DNA of 62,994 nt, the filler included, from Octopus bimaculoides (taxonomy: Eukaryota), in NCBI RefSeq assembly GCF_001194135.2. It is 6 parts of 4 records of this genome, joined end to end, with 100 filler letters (N's around TTAATTAATTAA, not from the genome) between each part and the next. Parts side by side here need not be neighbours in the genome. Positions count along the whole stretch, not along the records: positions 56,653 to 62,994 come from NC_068988.1; 5 more parts are not named here. The stretch is one strand, 5' to 3'. The notes beneath the pieces were generated by a model. It saw only the letters and a list, made by a program, of their open reading frames with translations. It ran no database searches and was not told the origin of the DNA. A program made the position numbers and the translations under genes. Below, piece after piece: positions 62,747 to 62,994 of the stretch. Position 1 is the stretch's first letter, and every line of letters begins with the position of its first letter.

Positions 62747-62901
62747 TACGACGGGCTTCTTTCAGTTTCCGGTCTATCAAATCCACTGACAAGGCTTTGG
62801 TCGGCCCGAGGCTATAGCAAAAGACACTTGCCCAAGGTGACACGCAGTGGCACTGAACCCGGAACCATGTGGTTGGTAAGCAGGCTACTTACCACACTGC
62901 C
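62486..62901 (-). mobile_element. Near full-length SINE family A
   Basis: Head, central (TA)n/(CA)n and tail all present; reference copy for family A here. Confidence 0.92.
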
Positions 62902-62994
62902 AATATAAGTTAAAATAGTAGAAGAGAGAGAAGTCATGTTTCTTCGTTCATATCCGAACACGCTTCTAATCTGTCGTCGCTGGGTCGATAGCGG

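Overview
Eukaryotic, AT-rich, microsatellite-saturated draft-assembly sequence with many N gaps. The SINE/LINE repertoire and repeat style point to a coleoid cephalopod, most likely Octopus (inference from recall, not database-checked). Five 44N-TTAATTAATTAA-44N spacers show the window is six joined scaffolds. The only host gene I can support is the last two coding exons of KRTCAP2/KCP2 (OST complex subunit; 12785-12851 and 19052-19151, + strand). The rest is mobile DNA: several tRNA-derived SINE families, RTE, CR1/jockey-group, Tx1/L1 and RLE-type LINE relics, two Penelope-like element (PLE) relics, Tc1, maT and mariner relics, and MITEs. Nearly all long ORFs in the supplied track are microsatellite or N-gap artefacts. 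The most interesting signal is a set of hammerhead-ribozyme (HHR) motifs. Two diverged copies (34417-34494 +, 26244-26326 -) carry all three HHR core strands in reversed order (NUH strand, then GAAA strand, then CUGAUGA strand), with compensatory changes in every helix. That order is not a type I, II or III circular permutation and implies a pseudoknotted or dimeric fold. A second set of three copies has type I order, a very long stem II and palindromic stem III. Two LINE-SINE tail partnerships are also readable within the window. All RNA structures were folded by eye and activity is untested.
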